A DNA stretch of 64,000 nucleotides from assembly GCF_964204645.1 (NCBI RefSeq), contig NC_134030.1, positions 18,932,210-18,996,209 of the forward strand. Direction: 5' to 3'. This DNA comes from Tubulanus polymorphus. Lineage: Eukaryota > Animalia > Nemertea. Made by a program: the position numbers and the translations under genes. The first letter of the stretch is position 1. Each line of letters begins with the position of its first letter. The notes beneath the pieces were generated by a model. That model ran no database searches. It saw only the letters and a list, made by a program, of their open reading frames with translations, and had not been told where the DNA came from. Positions 48,720 to 62,311 of this stretch are shown here, piece after piece.

Positions 48720-51700
48720 TTTTTAGATAAAGGTACAGCTACTTTGGGTACAGCTACTTTATCGCCTACACAACTCTATAAGAGTCGAACTTAACCGTGA
48801 GCACTGCGCGTGATTACGTTTAACCCGCGGATTTGCATGTATTTACATCGGTTTAAATCGAAATAAAATCTAGGTGTTAACAGGTGTGTATTTGTTGAAA
48901 TTTAAATCGGGTATTAAATGATGCTCGCTACATTCGTACTTCGTTACCTATTTTGCGCAAATGTAGAAAATGTTTTTGTACATAGCTGACTAGTACATTG
49001 CCCGCTGCTTTTCGTTAAGATTATTATACAGTAAGTACGTTTCAGAATTACTCTGTTTGTTCATTCTCTAAACCTCCAAAAAGGTTCCACGTCATAATTC
49101 GTTTTAACGTTCAAAAAATCAGTCGTGCTTACCAAACTAAGCGAAAGAACACCCTTCCGCACATCGACTATATACTGTCCTCCCTAATACCGGCCAAAAG
49201 GAAATTCGTGAATTTAACGAAATTTACTCATTGGTCACATTTTTCGCCGATTCTCCTTCGTGATATGCTTCCGAGCTAATTTCAGTCACCGTTTTGAAAA
49301 ATTGCTCCAATACTTTATATATGTATTTTATATTCGGCCTATATTGTAATAACTAGCTCACTCTTATCACGCCTGTTTATGACAGCGTTCTTTGTTGCCC
49401 GTAAAAAGTTCGTTGCGAGCTTTGTGACCGCTTTTTACGGGAGCTGTCTCGTCGAACTTTTTAAAAGTGCATAAAATAAAATCACCATATGTTGTGAAAT
49501 AGAACATTATTTCTATATTCTACGATATTTAGCAATATTTTTCGTAGGTGCTTATAGCGCCGAACTACTGATAATTTGTGAGTTTAAAGACGGTAAAATA
49601 TTAAGTTTACAATCGAATTCGTGGTTGTAACGTCCAGGAAACTTTTGGTTTATATTGTGGCCTTGTATTAGTTACCTATGAAGCCTACAGGTGTAATGTG
49701 AAGTTGTTACTTAAAGGGGAACTGCAGTGAAAAGTCTTTGTATCTATGTGTGTTAGAAACCTTTATAAATACATTTTCACAACAGCAGAAAAACATTTCA
49801 TCTAATACTTTATCAAAAAGAGGGTTTTGTAGAGTGCCTGGCCGCCGCCATTTTCTCCACATAGCAGAGACGATTTTCTCTCGCCTGTGACGTAGTTCGG
49901 TCCACTTCGATACACGTTACTGCTGCTATTCATAGTGTTTTCATCACTTAAAGTCTAATAACAGTTCTAAACTGCAGCATAATGCCACATCAGCAATTAT
50001 TTGGATATGTTTCACACAGTGAGACGATGAATAAAAGTAAAGACCCCACTGGCAGCCCAGCAGGAGTAATTTAGTCCCAATTTTCTGAGATCTTCAATGA
50101 GTGTATCTATTTGTGGAGTGTGTGATGGGCCGGGATACGTCATCAATGTTTTTTCGGATTAGCTTACAACGATGTCATTTCAGATTTCCATTTCGCAGTT
50201 ATTAAACACGTTTTTCCCCCAAAGAAATCCCCCTCAAAACAACCATTCTATTATACCTAAGTATTTAAAAGAGTTTATTCATAATCGATTATCATGATCA
50301 ATTATGCTTTTCATGTGTTGTGAATGTTCTGTCACTCATGGGTGATTGATACGTATGGCATGCTGTACTTCAGCTGCAAAGCAACTATCGTTTCGTTGGT
50401 CAAATGGGAAGAAGTGGCTGTGTACACTACTGGCAATGTTGAATGAAGTTTAAGGAGCCTGGTTGTCAAGTTCGACTTCTAAAGGTGGTTTATGATAATA
50501 GCCAAAATCATTAAGGTATCAAAATCTTAACAGAAAAATTTGCCGGGTCAGTTTCGTAAATTGCAATACAATTTTTACATGTGATAAATCAATTTTTGTA
50601 AAAGTCTGGCCTGTTATTGTAAGCTTAACCACGATTTAGCTTTTTTTCAAGTAATGAACAGGGTAGATAGGCGGCCGGCTTAACTTTTCAGATCAGCAGA
50701 AATGAGAAACGAGATGAGGCGACCGAAAGAACAAGAACGATCAGAGAGTTTTGTAATGATGGTTTATTTATCAAAATCGGTTGAGTGTGGGAACGCAGTA
50801 CTTATAATATACATGCAATTAGAGTCAAATTTAGATACGAGATCTATATAAGCGAATTAAGCCTTTATTATTATCATATCAAAGTGGCTAAGAACTCGAA
50901 GTAGAAAAACAATTACGGCCATCCAGACGTAAGGAAAAATATTGCTGTGATTACAACAGTTAATGAGATACTGAATGGGGATACCGGCTGTCTGTATATA
51001 GGTATGCTTTCCTATGATGGTAAAATGATATTATACGGGCTTATATGATTTGACTTAGTGTTTTAATTCCAAAAGGCTCGTATGTCCTCAGCTTTTCTAT
51101 GCATCTATTCAATATTTTACTGTACATCCATCTACGATGATTCAATTTATCCTGGCCCAAAATCTCGTAATCGTCAACGTTCCCTACTTCATTCTAGAAT
51201 GCATTGCTACCAGGTATCAACATTTTCTTGTGATGAGTGAAAAGTTGAGATGTCTTTGTTTTAATGAGTCCCCAGTTTCGCCAACATAAAGAAATATAAC
51301 ACACATTTTACAGAATTAATTAAGCACAAACCACGTTCCTAGATTTACAATTAGTTCTTAGAGCGTGGTTTTCTATTTTGATATTCCTGCCATTTTTATC
51401 TGAAAATTCAGATACATTTCCCTCGTATAGACAAACCACTGATAGCTTACCCCGAGCCTTTTAACCCTAAACCCCAAACCTTTTGACTGTTTCGATTGAA
51501 CACGAATGAATACAAGGTCGCACAAAGAACTACCCTAGATTCTCATCATAATCCTGACTTGTTAATTTTCATTGAATCTTTTTGACGCGGGCGCATTTGA
51601 CTTGCTTGAGAAATTAGGGTATTTCTTTGTGTGGCCTAATCTTTTAAATATCAGAAACATTCCGCTATTCAAGTTGTTTTTGAAATAAATGCCACAACAG

Positions 51701-51760
51701 TATAAGTGAGTGAATGAATTTTAATGAAATGAATCAAACTTGAATTTCGCTCTTTCTTAT

Positions 51761-54700
51761 TCATCGTTCACTGATAATTAAATCGTATGGTTTCGACCTG
51801 CAGAAAAACGGGTTGTCTACGAAATTGGAAGACAGCGGTGAATCTTTCACGGGACTGTCGTCCGGGAACCGAATACTGAACTTCTGCATCAGGCCCGTAT
51901 AAAAGAGAAACACGTGTTGTTTGGCGACGCTTTCTCCGATGCACGATCGTCGGCCGCCGCTGAACGGTAACCACGATTTAGGGCGAGCTAACAACTTTCC
52001 ATCTGCGCGAATGAACCGTTCGGGTTTGAACGATTGCGGGTCGTCCCAGACTCTGCTGTCGTAATGGCAAGCGTAGATGTTCCCCCAAACTTGACAATCT
52101 TTAGGAATGTCAAAACCCTCTGAAAATAGACAGAAATTATTCCGAATCGGCATCACATGCTTAGAATGTTAATAGTCAATAGATCCATTTACTATGGACT
52201 TAAAATATCTGATTCTAGATTTGTGTGGGATTTAATGGGTTTAATTTGACTCTTGTCCAAATTCCACAGTTACGTGGGTTCAGTTTCAATTCAACGTATA
52301 TGAAATAGATTCTGGATCCTGTTCCACGGTAATGTAGGTTAGAATAGTCGTTGAATCCAGATTAACAGTTTGTGAAGTTAAACTATCGATTTAGGATTCA
52401 CATTCATAATAATATAATAATAATTTATTTTCTATATATAGCGCTTAGCTAAAAATCATAATCTAAGCGCTTTACATTATAAAAAATATGCAGCATATTT
52501 AAAAACAATCGCACAATTATAGGTAAGAACAATACGATTTTTTAAAAAGGTATTCACAGTTGGTTCAATCTGAGTACATATCCAGCTCCACCGTTTTGAA
52601 AGTTTTAATTCGACTCATCACCTAGTCTCACATGACCCAGTTTTATAGAGGTGGGTTCAATGTGACGCTGAATCCGATGTATGAAGTAATTAGACACTCA
52701 TTGCTTATATATCTTACCTAGTTGTACGTCGCACGCGGCTGTATGTATAGTTAAAGGTCCAACTGGACACAACCTCATCGTTTCAAGCATCACTGCTTCG
52801 CAATAAACCAATTGCTGTTTATCGGCCATTTCCAATTGCCGTGCTCCTGTTGACAAAACATGCAAAAAGGAGAATTAGAAAAAAATGGCTTATCTGAAGT
52901 ATGTATATCATGACTGGCTTTTCATACCGATATGTTCATCAAGTTCGGCGTGAACTTTCTTCTGTGCTTCAGGATATTTCGCCAGGAAATACATGACCCA
53001 GTATATCGATTGACTTGAAGTATCAATCCCAGCTTTAATTAAAAAAAGACAAATTTATGAGCACGTGGCTCCAAATAGAGATAAAACGTGCCTATTTTAT
53101 GCCACAAACAAACCGACAAATCCTTAGTTTAAAAATGGAGTCCGGGTCGTAATGAAACAAATAATGTGATCCAACAACTTTAAGTCATTGACAGTTCCCA
53201 GTTTCAACATGGTGAAGGATAAAACTTCAGTGAGAATAGAGTGCATAATTGTTTATCAAGTTTGTCTACTGAAATCGTGCATTGTACATTTAATGAAAGC
53301 CCTTCTTGAGCTTCCAAACTTTTCATGATTTCACCAGGAAGAAAGTGCGAGCTTAGATACAACATATGGCAGATGGCCATAGCTAGGATCGTGGATATAC
53401 CCGCGTATTATAGGGCGGCGGTAGAGATACAACGATGGTTGTTCGGTAAACGGCAGGACTTTAACTAGATTCGATGCCTATATATGGTCTTCGGTCATAA
53501 ACAAATCGATTATGACGGAATCTACCTGCAAAAATATCGTTGAGGATTTGAACCATATGTCTATCGCTGAAATCATCTGCTAATTTTGGATCATCTTCGC
53601 GAGTTCTTTCTCTGGCCTCTATCAAATAATCTGTGATATCCGTCAGATGTTCTGCACAACAGAAGATAAAGAAAACGCTGAATTCAGTTCGTCAAAAACA
53701 ATTTTGGAATTCGGAATAAAATGCGATGCACATTCATCGCTGTAAGTACCGTAACTGAAATGACAAATGAGGAATTAAAAAAAAAACATTTAAATGGACC
53801 AAATGAGGAAGCCGTTGAAAACTAATCTTTTCAAATCGTTCGATGGAAAAGTAAAGACGGGAATAATCATAAAACGATTGCTAAATATATGTGTTAATTT
53901 ATAATGGCAAATCAATTGAAAACAAAGATGTGAAGAACCATATTCACAGAAAAAAAAACTTCAGCGCTATTTATACTTGGTTAAAAGGTAATATATCTAT
54001 GTCTCTTTCAAGATCCTCGTTATAAAGTTTATCCCATCTGTTTCAAAACGCAATCTTTCTCTCAAACATTAATCCGAAAATTGATTTAGATGCTCGAATC
54101 GCTGTAGATTAACTCTGTTGTAGCCAAATGCAGGCAATAAGAAAACTACGTCGGCCATTTTCAACCACTGGTTCAGAACATGACATAGCCCCATAGGTCG
54201 TCCAACTTTAGCCGACAGTAAGGGTTAGGGATATAACCAACTGAGCAACCGGCCAATGAACTTTTTGTTGTCCACTGGTTAAATCAACGAAATTTTGAGC
54301 AACTGGCCCAGGTAATTAAAAATCGGTCTTACCGGGGTCAAAATTAGCAACGTGTTCGTTAAAATGCTTTCTCAAAAAGTCTTGCATGTAAATAAACTGT
54401 TCGATGATTCTCCTAGTCGACGGTATCTTGTACTTAGTCGGAATATACCTCATTATAGGTATAACGTCTTCTAGTACGCCAGCATTTCCGAATATGTTGG
54501 TCAACTCGTCCAAAGAACGGTATAAATCGTGAAACTCCGGATCATCTGCTTCAAACCTCAAAGAAAGTTTATTGACGTTTAGGAATTTGAATATTCGTGG
54601 GGGGTTGATAGTTCATCGCATCATTTTAACTACATCATTTCTGGGGGATTCATTTCTAGGTACAGTCTGTGCACCAGGGATGTATCATCAAATTATTTCT

Positions 54701-57700
54701 AACGTTCTGTATTGAAATTATGCTCATCGTTTGAATATACAATGGGAAATATATGTATTCAGTTCTAATTTTTGTCTAAATCTGTTACGTATTCTATTTC
54801 AGTTTTCATTACTTTGTCATTTAAAAGCGCGATGAATAAATCAGCAGCTGCTTACTGTTTGTTAAACAACATGTCGCAGATGATGTTGTAAACCATCAGG
54901 TTACATGTCTGTCTCAAATTGAAGGGTTTCTCCAGATTTTTACGAATGACCTCAATACCTTTATCGGTGGCTGATTGAACCTTAGTGCCGGACAGCGCCA
55001 ACGATTTCCTACAATGTTGAAAAGTGGCCGAGTATCAGGCAGGTTTTATTTTCTTCCGGGTGTTATGATAAGCAATCTCTAGAAAACGTAGAGAAATATA
55101 GAGTTTTTGCATTCACATAAAACTCGGTTTGTTCAAAAATGGTTAATGGGCATGATTTAGTTAACGTGAATGAAATGTCCATTTGCTTTTATAACTATTT
55201 TGGTTTATGTAAGCTTATGTGACGTTTTATATATGTAACCACTCCATACACGGGTCGGTGGGGTGCTTTGGAGTGTGACTTAATCATAAGCAAGAAACGG
55301 ATATCAGGTTAGTGCATTGCGTTATTCGACGGCGAAACAATCGTAAAACCAAATCTGTAAACAGTGTTTAGGATCGATGCACCAAGTCACGAGAGAAAGC
55401 AGAAAAAACGTGTTTGCTTCGTGCTTATGCGTGTGCTAAGAACGCTCGTTTTCGCTAAATGTGATGCGCGTGCTCATGCAAAATGCATACGACGCAGAGA
55501 AACGCTGAATTAGTTGAATGAAACATGATTCTTCGATCCATTCTCTCAGTAGTGTACGCAAACAAAAAATATAGTTTCATACATGTTTTTTTTCTGCGTT
55601 TCCATGTGGTGCGTTTTTTATTTACCTGAGCCCGGTTGTGGTAATAGTTCTCATCAACTTCCAAACTAGATCGTGAGGTTGACCGTTCAGAATATCTCGA
55701 CTGCCATCCGTGAAAAAATCAACTACGAACAATTTATAAAATAGTCACGCATTTAAAATCCCATTATGATTTTGTCACTGTATCAGCTTTATCATTTGTA
55801 TCACACTTTTTCGTATTCTATTCCAGCTTAATAACTTCAGAAGAATTTTTTTCTCATTCGATTGTTTGACATTTTTCTATCTTACTCAGGAGTAAGTTTT
55901 CAAAATCGTTCTCCGAGTAAGTAGTTCGGAGAGCTGGGCTTCAGTTACAGCGGACTCCAACATCGTTCCTCTATTTTAACTGTTCGATAAATTGTGTTCG
56001 TTATTATTAAATTGAAGTTTCGTTACTGACCAGCGCTAATAATTCAATGGAAATTACTTAACGTTTAAGAAAATAAGATGCCAAGAGGAGCCGTGTTTAC
56101 CACATTATTATTATTATTGTTATTGTTATTGTTATTGTTATTTTTACTGTTACTGTTACTGTTACTGTTACTGTTACTGTTACTGTTACTGTTACTGTTA
56201 CTGTTACTGTTACTGTTACTGTTACTGTTACTGTTACTATTACTATTACTATTATTATTATTATTATATCTCTTTTGTACACAATTGCACCAATAATGCA
56301 CTATGCACAGGGTTTCAGTGCCTTAATTTTCTAAGTACAGCCTTTCGGCTCGCACTGTATCCCTCGGAACCTACATCATGTATTTATGAAAAAACAATAG
56401 TATCGATTATCAATTATATTGTATGTACGGTTTACGAAAAATAAATATCTATATCTATCTATCTATTCTCTTCTTTTACTTTTGAAATGATAAGATATAT
56501 AAAGTGCCTTACAAACTAGATAAAGTATTTTAAGTTTCATAATGATTGGCATTACAACTGTATGGTCAGTTGAAATTTGAAAAAACTACAGGGACGACGG
56601 AAGGACCGTGTTCGTCGTAGCCAACGAGGGTTAAAGTAAACTTACATTTTCCACAAGTTTGGTTTTATGTTGAAAATAGAAAAATGCTTCGATGAAAAAG
56701 ATGACATCAACATTCTCTTATACCTCTGTTCGTTTTATTACCATGCGTTAGGGACCATAAGGGTGCCTAGACAGAGTGCTATATTGCATGGAAATCCGAG
56801 ATAAGTATAATTGACATTTCAGGAAGTGACCTCAACAACCGGGCAGGTTTTTGGATCAGTTGATTGTTTTTTCATTCGAGCAGCAATTTCGTTCATATAT
56901 TGGAGAAGGGTTTTTTTCAGAAAACGATCGATAGGTTTTGACCCATGGTCAAAGGACGATGCCAGGAAAAAATTTGAACAAAATACAATTTAATGAAAAT
57001 TACTTTCTTCCCGTTACAAGCTCGGAATAGAATACAAAAACATTAATGTCCTCAGCGCACTTTCGTATTCCTTACATAAAATAAATTTAAATATTAAGAT
57101 TCACTGTTTGTCGAATCGTGAACCTAGTCTTAATTAATCAAACTAATCAAAAAAAAAAAATAAAAATAAAATATGCGAAATCTCCTTGCTTTTTAAAATT
57201 CTCAACCCGAAAACAGTTTGTTGTTTCTGCAGTTTCGATTTAATTAAGAATGCTTATGACCTTATTCGACCTGAATCTAATCGAATATACAGCCCGTGGT
57301 CTGGTTCCACAGTTGTGAGTTGGAGTTAACTCAGAGTTAAAGTTAGTTAATTTTCAATGTTTTAACTGTAGTCAAATTTAACTCAGAATTGTGGAACTGG
57401 GTTCAGATTATTCCTACTTTCACGAACTATTCATTGAATTCAATGTTTGTTTCTTTATGTTACTCACACGACCAGGATGTTGGTTTGTTATTGATCGTGT
57501 CCATGTGAACGAACGCTTTTAAAATTGTTTCGGCATTATTCAAAATGATGACATTTTCTGGTTTTCCGTATCCTAAAAAAGTAAAATCAAAGTTTGTTTA
57601 GCTTCGGTTCGGAGGCTGAAGATTAGTTCACGAAAGCACAAACTTTAATTCTTGCTTACCTAATTTGAAATTGAAAATGTCCCCGTATTGTTTAGATAGA

Positions 57701-58943
57701 TTGGTAAAATGCATCCATATCGGACGGCCCACTATATCAAAATCTAAAACAATTGAAAAAAGAAGATCAAAAGTAAAGCAAAACTTCCAGTATCTATTTG
57801 AATGTGTAGTGTTGAGCCAATAGGAGGATGAATTAGAGTTTGCGGGAAGGAAAAGTATTTGTAACTATCATTAGATGTGGTGTAACTCGTTGTTAGCGAG
57901 GTACGCATAGTTAAAAAACATTAGGCCTACCGGTTCTATAAAAGGTAGCGGGTGGGGTAGATTAAGGAATGGAGCTACTGTTACCAAAATTAGTATGATG
58001 ACCTCGCGATTCGCAGGAGTCGTTACCAGCCGACCAGAATCCAGTCGGACCAATCACAGCGCTTGTAACGATTGACATTCGGCTTCTCGTGAATTTTCCG
58101 TTAAATGGACTAAGCGAACATTCTAACCAATAAGGTTGCATTTTCGCAAATTGTTATATCGCGTGAGCTCACTGAACACACCGTATAGGGTCGGGTAGAG
58201 GAGAGGGTGGCGGTATGATTTTGGAATGTGTAGAATCGTCGGATAATGTGAGAATATAAGACTAAGAATTTTGCTCGGGGAGAAGAATAAATCGACGTTT
58301 ATCTAGTAAGAGTAAAATCAATCAATAGCTGAAACCCAATAACATTAAAATAATTACATAGAATGTAGTTTTGAGCGCACTTGAACAGACTCTAGTTTGA
58401 ATTCATTTGAAATCATTATCATTAATGTAAATGTGTTAGTTTATAGGATTTGGAACGTGTTTGAAGGCAAGGCTGGCGGAGGATAGAATAGCCATTTCAC
58501 AAGGCGATTGATACAGAAGATTTGGATCTCACACGTACAGTAATCATTTTTTAATAGTTGAAGATTCGTGGAATAGCCGTGTTTAGAATAAATAACGAGG
58601 CGGGTAGTACTTTAAAGGTTAACTATTTATTTGACGCACGAGCTTTCGCTTCTAATATAGACCCTGAAGCTTCTATACGGTAGTAGCGAAAGCTAGTGCG
58701 TCAAATAAATAGTTAACCTTTAACGTACTACTTGCCTCGTAAACTAATATCTGAAATACATAAATAAAATCGAAGGACTTCGAAATACTGTATGCTAGAT
58801 TATGTTTCAGACTTACCTAACGTGTTGCCGATAAAAGGATAGCCTTTCGGTCCAGGCGGCAGATTGTAGCGTTTACGATTTTTGAAAAACAAACAAATCG
58901 CGGCAATTAAGCCGACGACCAACGCAACAGTTATAGGATCCAT
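51761..58943 (-). CDS. Cytochrome P450 clan 2 (CYP17A/CYP2-like), copy C3; 10 exons, 502 aa
   Basis: Exons 58943-58817, 57743-57660, 57572-57468, 55722-55626, 55008-54856, 54556-54333, 53651-53526, 53032-52928, 52846-52718, 52119-51761; total 1509 nt. PPGP, WKLMR, AGIDTS, ETMR, PERF, PFSGGRRSCIGE. Confidence 0.93.
56104..56267. repeat. Compound (TTA)n/(TTATTG)n/(TTACTG)n microsatellite
   Basis: Direct reading. Confidence 0.95.
58595..58740. mobile_element. Degenerate fold-back element with hammerhead-like remnant (third subfamily) in CYP C3 intron 1
   Basis: ~60-bp inverted arms ACGAGGCGGGTAGTAC..AGCTTTCGCT and AGCGAAAGCT..GTACTACTTGCCTCGT; centre CTGAAG-CTTCTA..TAGTAG-CGAAAGCT. A related remnant lies at ~46340-46460. 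Confidence 0.55.
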
Positions 58944-59120
58944 TTTTTAGACGAAGGTACCGGTACTTTTTCGTCCACACAACCCTCTGCGACGTTCGCA
59001 CTGAACGAATGCGCGCGGTTAATGCAAAGCGAGATAACTTTTAATAATTTTAACTTGCGGATTTGCATATATAAATCATACATATACACATACGTATATA
59101 GACGAACGAAATTTAAAAAA

Positions 59121-59640
59121 ATGCAGATCCCTTGCGTAACCCCAATGCTTGTCGTCCTATTCAACGAAAACATCAATACAGGAATCGACCAGATAACTGG
59201 CTTTTAGGATCAATAAAACCTATTTATGAAATTAAAGGAAGTCCCACAACGCCTGATAATTACAGAGGAATAACTCTATTAAGTTGCCTGGGTAAAGTCT
59301 TCAGGAGTATTATCGATTTCAGGTTCAGTATATTCCTAGAGAGAAAATGGTCTGTTAAACCGAAACCAAGCGGGCTTGCGCAAAGAGCACAGCGGAAACG
59401 ACCATATATTTACCCCGAAAAGTATGATAGATATCTTCTCTGCAAATAAGAAAAACACTATACTGCCCCTTCATAGACTACGAGAAGGCTTTTGACAAAA
59501 TCTGGCGTAAAGCACTATGACAAAAACTGTTAAATACCAATGTAAATGGTAATATGCTAAGAGTCATATGAAATATATTTATATATGCTAATATAAAATC
59601 ATGTGTACAGATGGACGGAAACAAATCTGTTTTTATCGGT
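59121..59640 (+). mobile_element. Decayed non-LTR retrotransposon RT fragment (RTE-X/CR1-like)
   Basis: PDNYRGITLLSCLGKVF, then NQAGLRK..DHIF and FIDYEKAFDKIWRKAL* across frameshifts and stops. Confidence 0.85.
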
Positions 59641-59789
59641 TAGGGACAGGGAAACAATAATTGTCATTCAATTCAGGGTAAATATGTGGTCGTTTACGCT
59701 GTGGTTTTAACGGAAGCCCGCTTGGGTTGAAGCCAAAACCTAAAAAAACCAAATACATGATTTATCCCAGTTATTATGTTCTACAAAGT

Positions 59790-60016
59790 GGCTACCCGTA
59801 CGTGACTGCGTACGCGCATGCGTGAAAGAATAGTGTTAGGGTTAGGTGAGTCTATACATAAATGAACTTTCACAACGCTGTAGCTGTGTTCTGTGGCTCA
59901 GTCGGCAAAGCACTGATCTGTCGTGGGATATTTTTCTTTTGATTTCGAATCCCAATATTGCAAGTCAGAGTTCTACCGTATTGCGCATGCGCTAACCTAC
60001 TTACGTACGGCTAGCC
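59790..60016. mobile_element. Small TIR element with GCGCATGCG boxes and GTTAGGGTTAGG
   Basis: GGCTACCCGTACGT ... ACGTACGGCTAGCC termini. Confidence 0.5.
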
Positions 60017-60242
60017 TGTGGAGATCACCGTACGGTCACGTACTGGTGTGAGCATCTATCTGCAAAGGGCGTTTTATGGCTAATGAAGACTGCAGTTTGA
60101 ATCTAACGGATAGTGATAACTAACTGAGTTTGGTTGAACTACTATTACGTCTATACGCAGACGATATGCTAATTCTATCAGACGGACTCCAGCACGAATT
60201 GGACACCTTAGTAACATATGGCACACTTTGGATGTTAAAATA

Positions 60243-60439
60243 AAAAGATTGTTATCTTCCAGAAACGAAAATCGAGAATTAACTCGAGATAACATGCCAT
60301 GAATATGTTATAATTGTCATCTTTACAAGTAAAGCCAGCCTATAAAAGGCTTACAAGACACACATTTTCATACAATTATAACATATTCATGGCATGTTAT
60401 CTCGAGTTAATTCTCGATTTTCGTTTCTGGAAGATAACA

Positions 60440-60446
<7 letters not shown>
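60243..60446. repeat. Perfect 75-bp inverted repeat with 54-nt spacer, abutting (TA)n
   Basis: Arms 60243-60317 and 60372-60446 are exact reverse complements. Confidence 0.85.

Positions 60447-60524
<78 letters not shown>
60446..60524. repeat. (TA)n microsatellite
   Basis: Direct reading. Confidence 0.97.
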
Positions 60525-60526
<2 letters not shown>

Positions 60527-61120
60527 TGAAATCGTAACATATCGTGAAATCAAACAAACTTTTAACCACTAAGAACTAGAGCCGTTAATTTCCTTATTAC
60601 CGATATCCTATCGTATAACACGTAACAGATTTCGAAGTAGTGAACACAGCCTACCAATTGAAACAGAAAGAAAAATTAACGCGCCCCAAGAAGAACGACT
60701 ATGTAACAAATGCAATGAACCAACCCCAGATAACAATATACTAATTTAACTCGCTAGATTTGTAAATGCTGCTCTCAAGCTACTTAAGTGAATATCATGT
60801 ATACGTATCTGTCATCTCTATTATTGTTCTATTGCACGTGCATTGTTGTCTTCTTGTTTATAAGTTTATCGTAAATTATAGATTTTTATTGTATAAATTC
60901 TTCTATCCTGTATGTACCAATGTTTGGGTTAGAGAGAAATAAACCATTCTATTTCAAAGCGTCATTCACCGGAAAAAGGGTTAAGATCAATCTCAGTCGG
61001 TCAAGTGACATGATTTACTTGTCAAAGTCCGGCTATCATCTGTTAATTTTTGATCGCCTTGTTTATACGGACGCCAACAACCGTAGATCGTCATCGAACA
61101 GCGCCGAAAACATTTACATT

Positions 61121-61420
61121 CTATTTTGACGTCATATTGGCAATATTGCATGTGACACTATAGTTTTGATTCAACCCTAACATCGCTTTCAATTGATTTC
61201 GAAAGCGACGCCTCGAAGCACAGTATATAACGAAGTTGCTAGATGCTACGATCATTCTGACGATATTTTGAAATTGATTCCAGAACTTTGCCGTTAAACC
61301 ACTTCCGATTCTACCGTTAAGAGTTAGAATAAGATTGATTATCACTGCTCGGAAAATGAACATTTTTTTCAATAGATAAAAACATGAAATGAGAACTAAC
61401 GTAACTGTTAAACTACGGTC

Positions 61421-61475
<55 letters not shown>

Positions 61476-62311
61476 TTAGTGGTTTGATTATTTGTTGACA
61501 TAGTTTTTCTCGCTGCTCCTGCGCGTCTCAACGTCAAAATCAATCGGATAGTTATAAGAACCACTATCAACGTCGGGATTATAGTAAAAAATGGCCCCTT
61601 GATAAAAGCCTCGTAGTATCTCAAATATTTATTTTTACCGAACTCAGTAAATCGCTGCGACCATCTGTCGTGTCCAGTGCATGGGTTACGCGTGCGACTA
61701 GCATAGTAGTAGAACACGTTTTTACACTGGTCACAGGCAGAAAATAACCCAACGAAAGTGACGTAGATGTAGCTTTTCTTTCGGGTTATAATTCTCACAG
61801 CTTTCAGAGGCCAACATACGACGATATATCTGTCTATAGCTATCAGCAATGTGATCAGATCACTGATACTTGATGATAGAAGTCGAATGTTTTGGGTGTA
61901 TATATGCATGCGCTTCATAGTCTGGATTATTTCAGCGGTCATGTCCAGCAACAGCGTATGTGCGTAAAGCTTATTCTGAAAATCGAACACAACATAAGAC
62001 AAACAAATAAACAAGTCCGCAACAGCCAAACATCTCAAATAGAATATACTGGTGTTTTTTGAACGTTCTTTACTGAGAATGATAAAAGACATAACATTCG
62101 TGCCGAAGCCAAATATGGCAATGCTGAAAACGACGTAAGTCGTTACCTGTAGTAGAAGATTGACGTGAAACGGTTTGTAATCGGCGTGATGGATGTATTT
62201 ACATCGCGGGTGAGGTTTAAACGCTGTCGTCTCGGTGGTGGTTGTCCGGTCCGATCCGTTGAGGTTGAGAAACCGCGCGCTAACTACGGAATCATTTTCG
62301 GGTGCCATCAT
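61121..62311 (-). CDS. Intronless rhodopsin-class GPCR, FMRFamide/sex-peptide-receptor-like (possible chemoreceptor-type)
   Basis: 396-aa ORF with hydrophobic TM-like segments, TM1 GTN, TM2 YLRCLAVADL, TM3 IAIDRYIVVCWP, TM7 SSNFVIYC, helix 8 RRFRNQL and an N-terminal N-glycosylation sequon (NGS). Confidence 0.88.
61421..61471 (-). repeat. (AGC)n coding microsatellite encoding Ser17 in the GPCR third intracellular loop
   Basis: 51 nt, 17 Ser codons between TM5 and TM6. Confidence 0.93.

Noticed and set aside
49711-50460. TTAA|AGGGGAACTGCAGTG, a possible Kolobok-like left end
   Set aside because: No matching right terminus found, so the boundaries are unsupported.
57805-58358. Possible solo LTR (CCAAT boxes, AATAAA, TG..CA) in CYP C3 intron 1
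   Set aside because: No convincing TSD and no second copy in the window.
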